NCBI GenBank assembly: GCA_965279375.1
Contig: OZ257156.1
Coordinates: forward strand, 1,600,001-1,664,000
Direction: 5' to 3'
DNA from: Gemmatimonas sp.
Lineage (GTDB): Bacteria; Gemmatimonadota; Gemmatimonadetes; Gemmatimonadales; Gemmatimonadaceae
Length of the DNA stretch: 64,000 nt
In this document: positions 10,714 through 20,818 of the stretch, piece after piece
How positions within the stretch are numbered: the stretch's first letter is position 1
Layout of the letters: every line of letters begins with the position of its first letter
The notes under the pieces: model-generated
Databases searched by the model: none
What the model saw: the letters and a program-made list of their open reading frames with translations, nothing else
Told to the model about the DNA's origin: nothing
Program-made: the position numbers and the translations under genes

Positions 10714-11391
10714 ATGATGAGTTCACGCTCCGCGCGCCTGCTGGCGCTCGCATCCCTCGGCGGGCTCGGTGCCTGCGCATCGGCTCCGACTCGAGCGCCG
10801 GTACTGGCCGCCGGCGCCGGCGTGGTCGTCGCGGGCTCGCCCGCACTGGCCGTAGCGCTCGCTACGGCCGACAGCGCCGCGCGCGCCTTCGCCCCGGCTG
10901 ATGTCGACTTCATGCAGGGGATGATCCCGCATCACGCGCAGGCCGTGATCATGGGACAATGGGCGGCGACGCACGGCGCGCGCTCGGACGTGCAGCGGTT
11001 GTGCCTGCGCATCGTGGCCGCCCAGAGCGACGAGATCGGCATGATGCGACGCTGGCTGCGTGAGCGAAAGCAGGATGTGCCCGATTCCAACGCCACACGC
11101 CACGTGATGAAGATGGCTGGCATGTCGCACGAGATGATGATGCCCGGCATGCTCTCGGACGAGGAGATGGCGCAGCTCGACAAGGCGCGCGGGTCGGAGT
11201 TCGACCGACTCTTCTTGAACGGCATGATCCGCCATCACCAGGGCGCCATTGCGATGGTCGAGACGTTGCTGAGCAATGGCAACGCCGGACACGACGAGTC
11301 CGTATTTCGTTTTGCCAACGACGTGGTCTCGGATCAATCGGCCGAGATCGTCGTGATGCGCCGCATGCTGGAAACGGTTCCCTCCCCCTAA
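10714..11391 (+). CDS. DUF305 ferritin-like lipoprotein
   Basis: Lipobox LGAC; two HH motifs (MIPHHAQA, MIRHHQGA); Q..EI..M repeats; Met-rich loop. Confidence 0.88.
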   Translation: MMSSRSARLLALASLGGLGACASAPTRAPVLAAGAGVVVAGSPALAVALATADSAARAFAPADVDFMQGMIPHHAQAVIMGQWAATHGARSDVQRLCLRIVAAQSDEIGMMRRWLRERKQDVPDSNATRHVMKMAGMSHEMMMPGMLSDEEMAQLDKARGSEFDRLFLNGMIRHHQGAIAMVETLLSNGNAGHDESVFRFANDVVSDQSAEIVVMRRMLETVPSP

Positions 11392-11405
11392 CTCTGGATC
11401 GGACG

Positions 11406-13346
11406 ATGCGCCGTACTGCTGTCGTAGTGGCTTCGCTGGCCGTAGTTGCCGTGGCCTGTTCACGCGCGACACAGCCTGCGGCCGGTGGACCGCCGTCACC
11501 CGCGGAGGGGACGACCATTACAGGCGATGTGTCGCTCGCCAAGTCGCCGCCTATGAAGTATCCGGACAGCGCCAAGCCGCCCAATCCGGATCCGCGCATC
11601 GGCCTCAAGCCGGGTGAGGCGGCATCAGAAGCGGGCGAAGCGTCGTTCAACATGAAGCTGCTCTCGAACTCGCCAGCACCGGCCGGCTTCACGGGACGTG
11701 GTGCGACGGGATCGGACCTCGCCTTCAGCGGCAACTACATCATTCAGGGCAACTACCGCGGCATCATCATCTGGGATGGCACCAACCCGCGCGCGCCGAA
11801 GCTCGTCTCGTCGTATCTCTGCCCCACGAGCCAGGGCGACCCGACGGTGTACGGCAACCTGCTGTTCGTCTCCGGTGAAGGCTTGGGCGCCCGCAACGAC
11901 TGCGGCTCCACACCCATCACCGATACGGTCAGCCTCGAGCGCTTTCGCGGTGTGCGCATCTACGACATCGCCGACAAGGCCAAGCCGCGCCTGATCACCA
12001 ACGTGCAGACGTGCCGCGGGTCGCACACCAACTCGCTCCTGCAGGACCCGAGCGACAAGAACAACATCTACATCTACGTGAGCGGCTACTCCTCCATTCG
12101 CTCACCCAGAGAACTGGCGGGATGTCAGGACGCGCCTGCCGGCGACTCGGCCAGCGCGCGCTTCCGCATCGAAGTCATCAAGGTGCCGCTCAAGAACCCC
12201 GAGCGCGCCGCCGTCGTGAACTCGCCGCATCTCCTGGCCGACCTCGCGGGCCGTACGGTGCATGCGCCGCCGCCGAGTGACACGGGCGCGCGTGGTGGAC
12301 GCGCGGGCCGCGCTGGTGGTCCTCCGGGCGCACCGGGCGCGCCGGCTGTCGCAGGTCGGGCCGGTGGTCCGCCGGCTGGTGCACCGGGTGGTGGAGCTGC
12401 GCGCGGCGGCGGCGTCGGCCAGAGCGGTTGCCATGACATCACCGCGTATCCGGGCTCGGGCTACGCCGGCGGTGCCTGCGCAGGCTACGGATTGCTCTTC
12501 GACGTGCGCGATCCCAAGAACCCCAAGCGTCTCAAGTCCGTCGCCGACTCCAACATGTCGTTCTGGCACTCGGCGACGTTCACCAACGACGGCAGCAAAC
12601 TGCTCTTCTCCGACGAGTGGGGCGGTGGTGGCGCGGCGCGCTGCCGCGCGACCGACAAGCTCGAGTGGGGCGGCAACGCGATCTTCACCGTCGAGAACGG
12701 CGAGCTCAAGTTCCAGAGCTACTACAAGATGCCCGCGCCACAAACCACCGAAGAGATCTGCACCGCGCACAACGGCTCGCTGATTCCGGTGCCGGGGCGC
12801 GATATCATGGTGCAGGCGTTCTACATGGGCGGCGCGACGATCTTCGACTTCACCGATCCGGCGCACCCGATCGAAATCGGTTTCTACGATCGCGGTCCTG
12901 GCGGCGGCTACTGGAGCACGTACTGGTACAACGGTGCGATCGTGTCGTCCGACGAACAGCGCGGCCTCGATGTGCATGAGCTGACGCCGAGTGGCTATCT
13001 GTCGCAGAACGAGATCGATGCCGCCAAGACGGTGCGCTACGAGCAGTTCAATGCGCAGGAACAGCCGCATACGGTGTGGCCGCCGAGCTTCCCGTTGGCG
13101 CGCGCGTATCTCGATCAGCTGGAGCGCAACAGCGGCCTCAACGCCAATCGCATCGACGAGATTCGTCGTGGCTTGACGGCGGCGGAGAAGGGCGGCTGCG
13201 GCAATCGCAACACGGCGCTGGCGGCATTGGTGCCGCAGATCCAGGCCGAGCTCGCAAGTGCAGCGGACAAGGGTCGCGTGGAGCTGGTGGCCAAGGCGAT
13301 CGCTGCGTTGTCCAAGACGACCTGCGTGCCCGCGCCGATTTCGTAA
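11406..13346 (+). CDS. LVIVD-repeat beta-propeller lipoprotein
   Basis: Lipobox AVAC; SDLAF, QGNY, CRGSHT, CHDIT, WHSATF, DEWGGG and CTAHNG. Confidence 0.8.
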   Translation: MRRTAVVVASLAVVAVACSRATQPAAGGPPSPAEGTTITGDVSLAKSPPMKYPDSAKPPNPDPRIGLKPGEAASEAGEASFNMKLLSNSPAPAGFTGRGATGSDLAFSGNYIIQGNYRGIIIWDGTNPRAPKLVSSYLCPTSQGDPTVYGNLLFVSGEGLGARNDCGSTPITDTVSLERFRGVRIYDIADKAKPRLITNVQTCRGSHTNSLLQDPSDKNNIYIYVSGYSSIRSPRELAGCQDAPAGDSASARFRIEVIKVPLKNPERAAVVNSPHLLADLAGRTVHAPPPSDTGARGGRAGRAGGPPGAPGAPAVAGRAGGPPAGAPGGGAARGGGVGQSGCHDITAYPGSGYAGGACAGYGLLFDVRDPKNPKRLKSVADSNMSFWHSATFTNDGSKLLFSDEWGGGGAARCRATDKLEWGGNAIFTVENGELKFQSYYKMPAPQTTEEICTAHNGSLIPVPGRDIMVQAFYMGGATIFDFTDPAHPIEIGFYDRGPGGGYWSTYWYNGAIVSSDEQRGLDVHELTPSGYLSQNEIDAAKTVRYEQFNAQEQPHTVWPPSFPLARAYLDQLERNSGLNANRIDEIRRGLTAAEKGGCGNRNTALAALVPQIQAELASAADKGRVELVAKAIAALSKTTCVPAPIS

Positions 13347-13393
13347 GCGGCTGGGCTAACGGTTGGTTGCATGAATAGTTGCACGAACGGTTA

Positions 13394-13435
13394 CACGAAC
13401 GCCGGGCTCCGTGGTACAGGGGCCCGGCGTTCGTG
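13394..13435. terminator. Hairpin between convergent genes, probable bidirectional terminator
   Basis: cacgaacgccgggctcc pairs with ggggcccggcgttcgtg; no long U tract. Confidence 0.6.
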
Positions 13436-13458
13436 CGTCATAGTCCAATCGCCCTCGG

Positions 13459-14601
13459 TCAGCCGCCCCAGATCTGTCCAAACACGCGCTTGAAATTTCC
13501 GCCGAGGATGCCCTCGATCTGCGTGTCGGTGTACTTGCGACGAATCAGCCCTTCGGTGAGATCGAACATGCGCTTCGGGTGATCGACGCCCTCGATATCG
13601 ATCTTCTCGCGGAAGCCGTACACACCCTTGTAGCTCGCCTTGAGCGCCTTGTACTGATCCGGCGGCATCTTGTCGTATCCGTAGAGATCGATATCGCTGC
13701 CAACGCCGAGATGCTCCGGGCCAATGAGCTTGCCCACGTGGTCGAAGTGATTGAGCAGATCTTCGATCGTGGTTGGTTCGCTGCCTTTGACAAACATCCG
13801 CACGCCGGTAATCCCGACTACGCTGCCCGATTTCCCGGCTGCCTTAAAGACCTCATCAGGCTTCGTGCGCGGATGCCCGCTCGCGAGCGCGCGGGCATTG
13901 GAGTGCGTGATGAGTACCGGCGCCTTGGATACCTCGAACGCATCGAGCGAGGTCCTATCACCGCAGTGTGACACGTCCACCGCCATGCCGACCTTGTTCA
14001 TGCGTTCGACGATCGCCACGCCGTAGTCGGAGAGTCCTTCGTCGCGACGTTCGGTGCTGCCATTGCCGATCATGTTGCGCGCGTTGTACGTCAGCTGCGA
14101 TACACGCTGGCCGAGCTTGAAGAACTCGTCTACATCATTGGGCGTCCGGAAGTGCTCGGAGTTCTGCAGGCCGAGCAGAATCCCGACACGTCCCGACGCC
14201 TTGATGCGGTCGAAATCTGCCGCGGTCGTCACGCGCCCGAACCATTGATCGTGCATCGTGACGAACGAGTTGTGCATCGAGAGGTAGCGGTACGCCTGCT
14301 GATACGCGTCCGGACCGCCGAGCCCCACGGCGATATGCAGGGCATTGATCCCCGATGACTTGAACACTTCGAAGTCCGCGGCCGTGAATGCGCTCGGTAC
14401 CGTCAGCCACTTCTCCATGAGCGGAAAGTTGAGGCTCAGCGGGCTGAGCATGTCGATGACGGTGCTGCGCCGTACGAGCTCGATGGCGCGCGCCGAGTAC
14501 TCGGTGGTGCTATGGGCGAAGAGCGAGAAGCGCTGGCGATTGAACGCCGGGGCGGCGACCGCGAGCGCGGCAGTGGAGAGGAAGGAGCGTCTGGTCGTCA
14601 T
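13459..14601 (-). CDS. Membrane dipeptidase (M19 family), Tat-exported
   Basis: Tat motif TRRSFL; QLTYN, VDVSH, ITHSN and GVGSD. Confidence 0.88.
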   Translation of the reverse strand: MTTRRSFLSTAALAVAAPAFNRQRFSLFAHSTTEYSARAIELVRRSTVIDMLSPLSLNFPLMEKWLTVPSAFTAADFEVFKSSGINALHIAVGLGGPDAYQQAYRYLSMHNSFVTMHDQWFGRVTTAADFDRIKASGRVGILLGLQNSEHFRTPNDVDEFFKLGQRVSQLTYNARNMIGNGSTERRDEGLSDYGVAIVERMNKVGMAVDVSHCGDRTSLDAFEVSKAPVLITHSNARALASGHPRTKPDEVFKAAGKSGSVVGITGVRMFVKGSEPTTIEDLLNHFDHVGKLIGPEHLGVGSDIDLYGYDKMPPDQYKALKASYKGVYGFREKIDIEGVDHPKRMFDLTEGLIRRKYTDTQIEGILGGNFKRVFGQIWGG

Positions 14602-14644
14602 GGCTCGAAGCGTGGGGGAATCTGATCGTCGGCTCGATGCCGAC

Positions 14645-16297
14645 CTACCGACAGCCGGGCATCCTGAACGCCCCAATCCGCGACGAGTACGCCGTCGCAT
14701 CCTTCTTGAGGTAGTCGCCCACGTACCAGATCGTACAGTCGTCCACCGGGTCGACCGCCGTCTGCGTGTAGTCTTCCCAGCGAAGCGTGGACTGCTGCGA
14801 CGCTTCACCGTTCACCAGCACTTGCTCGCGCAGTGTCAGTTGGCCAAGCGGATCTGTCGCGAGTCGTCCGGCAAAGCGCTGCCCGGCGAAATTGGGTGTT
14901 CCGCCAAACGAATAGCCGATGCCGATGTTGCCACGTGCGTCCATCGCGGGACTCGCCATCCAGCGATAGAAGCCGTCGGGCGCATACGTACCCTGTTGAT
15001 GCAAGCGCAGCGTGCGAGACGCATCACGTGCGTCGAGGCGCAGCTCATACCAGCGCACGCCACCGCCGCGGGCTGCCGTGTTGACCGAATGCACCGCCAC
15101 GATGGACTCGCGGTTGCCGATGCGTCGATAGACCACACGCGCCATCAGCTTGTCGCCCTGTGCATCCAGTTTGCGCTCCACACCCGGCTGTGGTACGCAG
15201 CTGGTTAACTGTCCGTCGCAGAGATAGTGGTACGGCGCGACGGGAATCTTCACCGGTCCGGTGAGCGCCGTCTTGCTGGGGTCGGCCCAATCCACGTGAT
15301 ACGACCACGCGTAGATGCCGTCGTCGTCCATGACCTTCTTGAGCTGCGAGCCACCGGCAGCGAGCATGATGTTGGGCGCACCAGTCGGTGGCAGCTGCCG
15401 TCCATCGAGATCGACGTTGTTGAGAAAATTCACCCCATCGATCACCACGCACTGCTCCGTGGCGCTCTCGCCCTTGAGCATACGCGCGCGATCGACGACA
15501 CAGGCGTGCTTCTCGATCACATCGTCGCCGGTGCTGGTGGGCACGTAGTAGCCATCGGGCCACACGGCCGGGCGCGGATAGTCGGGGAAGAGCGGCCGCA
15601 CGAATTCGTAGCGATAGTACGGGCCAAACGGATCGGGGCCGGTGCTGATTGCGTAGCACATAGCATACGAGCCGCTGTCCGGCGGTGTCGTCGGACGTGC
15701 CGCAGGCGCAGGAGCAGCTGGCGCGGGAACGGTCTGCGCGGTTCCAGCTGGCGGTGGAGCCATGACAGGCGGCTCGTACAGTCGCACCGCGGCGCCGGGC
15801 TGTCCTGGGTTGCCAATCATGCTCAACGACGCCGGCTCTCCACCGCGCGGAGTGCGCGGCTCATTCGCACGACGCGGCCCGCGCGTGAAGATCGGCAGCA
15901 CGATCAGCCACCGATCCGCCAGCTGATCGTACCGCACGACGGCATCGCCGCTGTTGCGCAGCTCGCACGCCCCACCAAAGCCGCGAAAGACGTTGTTGGT
16001 GGGCACGGGGCCATACAGCACGCGCCCAGTCGTGTCGAAGAGCTTGCCACGCTTGGTGAAGATCGCCATGCGGCTGTTCACCGTCTGCACGATGTGATCG
16101 CGACCCACGGCGACGCTGTTGTCCGATGGATTGCGCAGCGAAGTAGTCCCCTGCGGTCCAACAAACCCGACGCCCAACCCATCGAACGAGGCGATCAGTC
16201 GCGCAGGCGCTCGACGACCTTGCGACGTTTGCTCGACACTCAGGGCAGAGACGCCTACCACGGCGAGCGTGCACACACCAATCAGAAGAGGACGCAT
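14645..16297 (-). CDS. Secreted hypothetical protein, probably a beta-propeller
   Basis: Signal peptide from ATG 16297; PSDNSVAVG, GDAVVRYDQLADRW, FPDYP and RWEDY...DPVDDCTIWY motifs of an uncharacterised family. Confidence 0.7.
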   Translation of the reverse strand: MRPLLIGVCTLAVVGVSALSVEQTSQGRRAPARLIASFDGLGVGFVGPQGTTSLRNPSDNSVAVGRDHIVQTVNSRMAIFTKRGKLFDTTGRVLYGPVPTNNVFRGFGGACELRNSGDAVVRYDQLADRWLIVLPIFTRGPRRANEPRTPRGGEPASLSMIGNPGQPGAAVRLYEPPVMAPPPAGTAQTVPAPAAPAPAARPTTPPDSGSYAMCYAISTGPDPFGPYYRYEFVRPLFPDYPRPAVWPDGYYVPTSTGDDVIEKHACVVDRARMLKGESATEQCVVIDGVNFLNNVDLDGRQLPPTGAPNIMLAAGGSQLKKVMDDDGIYAWSYHVDWADPSKTALTGPVKIPVAPYHYLCDGQLTSCVPQPGVERKLDAQGDKLMARVVYRRIGNRESIVAVHSVNTAARGGGVRWYELRLDARDASRTLRLHQQGTYAPDGFYRWMASPAMDARGNIGIGYSFGGTPNFAGQRFAGRLATDPLGQLTLREQVLVNGEASQQSTLRWEDYTQTAVDPVDDCTIWYVGDYLKKDATAYSSRIGAFRMPGCR

Positions 16298-16465
16298 GGC
16301 GCGAATGTAGCGTTCCCCTGCGGGCCCTCGCCATGCGTGCGCCGACGGTGCAACCTTCCCGAGCCCCACTACGGGAAATACGTTCGCACAACGCTGTCCG
16401 ACGGAACGAACCACGTCAGCGCCACCGTTTGCCACAACGCAGTGCCCTCCCACGACCGAACCGCC

Positions 16466-17827
16466 ATGCTCCTGCGCTCTCGCCTTCCGCTCGTCGCCGC
16501 GACGCTCCTGTCAGCTACCGCCGCCGTCACCGTCGCTACCGAACGCGCCGACGCGCAGGCCGTCAGCATGCAGAGTGCCGGTTCGCCGGAACTCATCAAA
16601 CTGATCGAGTCCAAGCTCCCCGCCGTGATGCCCAAGGTCGTCGCGTGGCGCCGCGACCTGCATCAGCATCCGGAGCTCAGCTTCGAGGAAGTGCGCACCT
16701 CCGCGATCGTCGCCAAGCACCTCCAATCGCTCGGCATCGAAGTCCAGACCGGCATCGGCAAGACGGGCGTCGTCGGCATCCTGCGCGGCGGCAAGCCGGG
16801 ACCGGTGATTGCGCTGCGCGCCGATATGGACGCGCTCCCCGTCACGGAGCTGGTGGACCTGCCGTTCAAGAGCACGGTCAAGACGCAGTGGCAAGGACAG
16901 GAGGTCGGCGTGATGCACGCCTGCGGTCACGACAATCACGTCGCGATTCTGATGGGCGCGGCCGAAGTGCTCGCTGGCATGAAGGCGAGCGTACCCGGCA
17001 CAGTGAAGTTCATCTTCCAGCCGGCCGAAGAAGGGCTCGGCGGCGCCAAGGCGATGCTGGCCGACAACGCCTTCGCGAACCCGGCACCAAGCGCGGTGTT
17101 CGGATTGCACGTGTGGCCCAACCGCGTGGGCTCCATCGCGATTCGTCAGGGTCCGATCATGGCCGCGGCGGGCAACTTCAAGATCATCGTGAAGGGACGA
17201 CAGACGCACGGCTCGCAGCCGTGGTCCGGTGTCGATCCCATCGTCGTCTCCGCACAGGTCATCCTTGGCCTGCAAACGATCGCCAGTCGGCAGGTTAACG
17301 TTGCGTATCTGCCGAGTGTGTTGACCGTGGGGCAGATCACGGGCGGCAATCGCAGCAACATCATTCCGGATAGCGTCGTGCTGGTGGGCACGTTGCGCAC
17401 CTTCGACGACAACATGCGTGCCGACATCGCTGCGCGCATCAAGCGCACCGCCGAAGACATCGCACACTCTGCGGGTGCGTCGGCCATCGTGACGATCGAT
17501 CAGGCTGGACTCGTGACGTCGAACGACACCACGCTCACCGATCGCATGCTTCCTACGCTGCGTCGCGCGGCCGGGGCGAACGGTGTGCAGTTCATCAATC
17601 CGGTCATGGGATCGGAAGACTTCCCCGAGTTCACGCGCAAGATTCCGGGCGTCTTCTTCTTCCTCGGTGTCACGCCCAAGGATCGCGATCTCAACACCGT
17701 GGCCGTCAACCACTCGCCGCTGTTCTTCGCTGATGAAGGCGCGCTGGAGATCGGCGTGCGGGCCATGGCCGGGATGGCGATGGACTATCTCTCGATGAAC
17801 GCGGGCAAGAAGGCCGCCAACAACTAG
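16466..17827 (+). CDS. M20D amidohydrolase, secreted
   Basis: RRDLHQHPELSFEE, ALRADMDALP, MHACGHD, FQPAEEG and SEDF. Confidence 0.92.
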   Translation: MLLRSRLPLVAATLLSATAAVTVATERADAQAVSMQSAGSPELIKLIESKLPAVMPKVVAWRRDLHQHPELSFEEVRTSAIVAKHLQSLGIEVQTGIGKTGVVGILRGGKPGPVIALRADMDALPVTELVDLPFKSTVKTQWQGQEVGVMHACGHDNHVAILMGAAEVLAGMKASVPGTVKFIFQPAEEGLGGAKAMLADNAFANPAPSAVFGLHVWPNRVGSIAIRQGPIMAAAGNFKIIVKGRQTHGSQPWSGVDPIVVSAQVILGLQTIASRQVNVAYLPSVLTVGQITGGNRSNIIPDSVVLVGTLRTFDDNMRADIAARIKRTAEDIAHSAGASAIVTIDQAGLVTSNDTTLTDRMLPTLRRAAGANGVQFINPVMGSEDFPEFTRKIPGVFFFLGVTPKDRDLNTVAVNHSPLFFADEGALEIGVRAMAGMAMDYLSMNAGKKAANN

Positions 17828-17915
17828 CATCAGTATCACGTCTCGGACCCCGCCCACGGTCGGCGGGGTACCGGGCTGCAGCGTCACTGCCACAACGTCC
17901 TTCACCCGATTCTGC

Positions 17916-19367
17916 ATGCCTGTTTCCAGAGCGGCTCACGCGCGCGGTTCGCGTCGCCGAATGTCCACCTTCATGCTTGGCCTCGCGCTTGGTGTTGTAT
18001 CGCCGCTGAGTACGCCCAGCACGGTGCTCGCCCAGTCCCGCGCAGAACTCAACAAGGTGCTGCAGCGCAAGGTGCTCGCCAACGGTCTCGAAGTGATCGT
18101 CGTGGAGAACCACGGTGTGCCCATCGCGACCCTCGAGATCGATGTGCGCAACGGTGCGTTCACGCAGACGCCCGAGTATGCAGGGCTCGCGCACATGTAC
18201 GAGCACATGTTCTTCAAGGCCAACAAGGACCTGCCGAGTGCCGATGCATTCAACGATCGGTCGGCGGAGCTGGGCGCCAAGTACAACGGAAGCACACAGG
18301 AGGAGCGCGTCAACTACTTCCTCACGTTGCCCGCAGATTCGCTGAAGGGTGGCCTGCAGTTTCTCGCGAGCGCACTGCGCGGTCCGCTGTTCCTGGAAGA
18401 AGAGCTCAAGCGCGAGAAGGAAGTCGTGCTGGGCGAGTACGATCGCAACGAAGCGCAGCCCGGTTTTGACTTTCAGCAGAAGGCGACCGAGCTGTTGTAT
18501 CCGGGGCAGTTCAGCCGCAAGAACACGATCGGCGATCGCACAGTGCTCAAGAACGTCACGCCCGAGCAGATGCGCGTGATTCAGAAGCGCTACTACGTCC
18601 CCAACAACTGCTCGCTGATCGTGACCGGCGATGTGAAGCCCGATGTAGTGTTCGCCTACGCCGAGCAGATCTTCGGCGATTGGGCGCGTGGTGCGGATCC
18701 GTTCGTGGCCGATCCCATTCCGCCCATTCCTGCGCTCGATGGCAACAAGGCGCTCATCTCCGAAGAGCCGATCAACGCCGTCGCGGTGCTGATTCAGTGG
18801 CAGGGGCCGAGCGTTGGGAAGGATCCCGGCGCGACGTATGCAGCCGATGTGTTCAGCGATGTGCTGAATACGCCGGGCTCCACGTTCCAGAAGAACCTTG
18901 TCGACACGGGACTCTGGCAGGGCGTTGGTGTGAACTACTACACGCTCAATCAGGTGGGTCCGATTTCCATCAGCGGACAGACCACGCCCGACAAGTTTCG
19001 CGCGGCGATGGCTGCACTGGAGCGCGAGATCGCGCGTTTCACCGATCCCACGTACATCACCCCCGCTGAACTCGAAGCGGTAAAGTCGCAGCGCACCGTG
19101 TCGAGCGCGTTCGGCATCGAGAAGGCGTCGGAGATTGCACACACGATCGGATTCTGGTGGAGCGTCGCCAATCTCGACTACTTCATGGGCTACACCGATC
19201 AGATGGCCCAACAACGCATCACGGATCTCATGCGCTACACGAGCACGTACATCGCCGGCAAGCCGCGAGTGACGAGCGTCCTGCTGCCCCCCGAAGCCAA
19301 GCGCGCGATCGGGTTGACGCAGACCGAATTGCTCACGCCGTTCAAGCGTCCGGTGGTACGTCCATGA
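17916..19367 (+). CDS. M16B zinc peptidase, catalytic subunit
   Basis: HxxEH motif (GLAHMYEHMFF) and EKEVVLGE. Start may be 17961. Confidence 0.9.
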   Translation: MPVSRAAHARGSRRRMSTFMLGLALGVVSPLSTPSTVLAQSRAELNKVLQRKVLANGLEVIVVENHGVPIATLEIDVRNGAFTQTPEYAGLAHMYEHMFFKANKDLPSADAFNDRSAELGAKYNGSTQEERVNYFLTLPADSLKGGLQFLASALRGPLFLEEELKREKEVVLGEYDRNEAQPGFDFQQKATELLYPGQFSRKNTIGDRTVLKNVTPEQMRVIQKRYYVPNNCSLIVTGDVKPDVVFAYAEQIFGDWARGADPFVADPIPPIPALDGNKALISEEPINAVAVLIQWQGPSVGKDPGATYAADVFSDVLNTPGSTFQKNLVDTGLWQGVGVNYYTLNQVGPISISGQTTPDKFRAAMAALEREIARFTDPTYITPAELEAVKSQRTVSSAFGIEKASEIAHTIGFWWSVANLDYFMGYTDQMAQQRITDLMRYTSTYIAGKPRVTSVLLPPEAKRAIGLTQTELLTPFKRPVVRP

Positions 19368-20800
19368 ACACGACTCCGAAATCCTTCATCGTGCGCACTG
19401 CGTTCAGTGCGCTGACGTTTCTCTCGCTCGCTGCCGCTCACACTACGGCGCTGCATGCACAGGCGACAACCAAGCGCCCCGCAGCGCCGGCGAAGGCGCC
19501 TGCCAAAGCACCGGCCAAGGCGCCTGCCAAGACCGCGGCGGCCGAAGCCGAAGAGATCGGTGGCGACACGCTCACCGTGCGCTTCGAAGTTTCGGGTATT
19601 CCGGTCATTCTGCGTCGCGTCTCCGCAAATGCAGTCGTCGCTGCGAATCTCTACCTGCTGGGTGGTGTGCGTCAGCTCACGACGGCCAACGAAGGCATCG
19701 AGAGTCTGCTCCTCGAAGCGAGCGAGCGCGGTACGCAGAAGTATCCGCGCGACCTGCTGCGCACCAAGATGGCGCGTTTGGGCAGTGCGATTGGTGTGAG
19801 CCCCGGCCTCGACTGGACGACGGTTGCGCTCCGATCGACGGTGGCGGGCTTCGATTCCACGTGGGCCATTCTTGCCGATCGCATCATCGCGCCGCGACTC
19901 GAATCGGCCGATGTGGAACTCGTGCGGGAGCAGTTCGTCACGGGACTCAAGCAGCGCACCGATAGTCCGGACGCGCTGCTTGATCATCTCGCCGACAGCA
20001 TCACCTACGTTGGGCATCCCTACGCGCTCGAACCACTCGGCAGCGAAGCATCGCTGAGCAAGCTCACCATCGCTGACCTGCGCGCGTATCACGCGCAGCA
20101 GATGGTCACGTCGCGGATGATGCTGGTAGTCGTGGGCAACGTATCGCGTGCCCGCGTGGAACGTCTCGTGCGCGAATCCATCGGACGACTGCCGCGCGGT
20201 ACGTATAGCTGGAAGGTGCCGCAGCCGCCGGCCGCGTTGCCGACGGCGTACGTACTGGTCAAGCGCACGCTGCCCACGAACTATCTGCAGGGCTACTTCC
20301 AGGGACCGTCCGCCACCTCCAAGGATTACGCCGCATTGCGTCTCGCCTGCGCCGTGTTGTCGGGGCGGCTCTTCTCCGAAGTGCGACAGAAGCGCAATCT
20401 CACGTACGACGTTGGTGCGCCGTTCGTGGAGCGCGCGTTCGCGTCGGGGGGGCTGTACGTCACCACCACCGCGCCCGATGAAGTGCTGACCATCATGCGT
20501 CAACAGATCACCGAGTTGCAGGAGGGATACATCACCCCTGAGGGACTCGAGCGGTTGGTGCAAGGCTTCATCGTCACCTATTTCCTGGACAACGAGACGA
20601 ACGCCGACCAGGCCAACCTGCTCGCGCGAGCGGAGTTGTATCAGGGCGGTTTCGAGAAGTCGTCGAAGTTCGTGGATGAGCTGCGCGCGGTGACGCCGGA
20701 AGACATTCACAACGCGGCACGCACGTACATGACCAAAGTCCGCTGGGCATATGTAGGCGATCCGAGCAAGGTCACGCCCGCGCGCTTGATGCGCTTTTAA
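19364..20800 (+). CDS. M16B peptidase, non-catalytic partner subunit
   Basis: ATGA overlap with the previous gene; lacks HxxEH; has RLFSEVRQKRNLTY; KAPA-repeat linker. Confidence 0.85.
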   Translation: MNTTPKSFIVRTAFSALTFLSLAAAHTTALHAQATTKRPAAPAKAPAKAPAKAPAKTAAAEAEEIGGDTLTVRFEVSGIPVILRRVSANAVVAANLYLLGGVRQLTTANEGIESLLLEASERGTQKYPRDLLRTKMARLGSAIGVSPGLDWTTVALRSTVAGFDSTWAILADRIIAPRLESADVELVREQFVTGLKQRTDSPDALLDHLADSITYVGHPYALEPLGSEASLSKLTIADLRAYHAQQMVTSRMMLVVVGNVSRARVERLVRESIGRLPRGTYSWKVPQPPAALPTAYVLVKRTLPTNYLQGYFQGPSATSKDYAALRLACAVLSGRLFSEVRQKRNLTYDVGAPFVERAFASGGLYVTTTAPDEVLTIMRQQITELQEGYITPEGLERLVQGFIVTYFLDNETNADQANLLARAELYQGGFEKSSKFVDELRAVTPEDIHNAARTYMTKVRWAYVGDPSKVTPARLMRF

Positions 20801-20818
20801 TGTGCTTCTGATTCGGCG

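Noticed and set aside
15227..16465. Apparent 413-aa N-terminal extension of the M20 amidohydrolase; likewise extensions on hisIE, hisB, hisF, hisH and ORF 46901
   Set aside because: Open-frame run-ons overlapping other real genes; downstream starts with signal peptides or stop/start coupling fit better.
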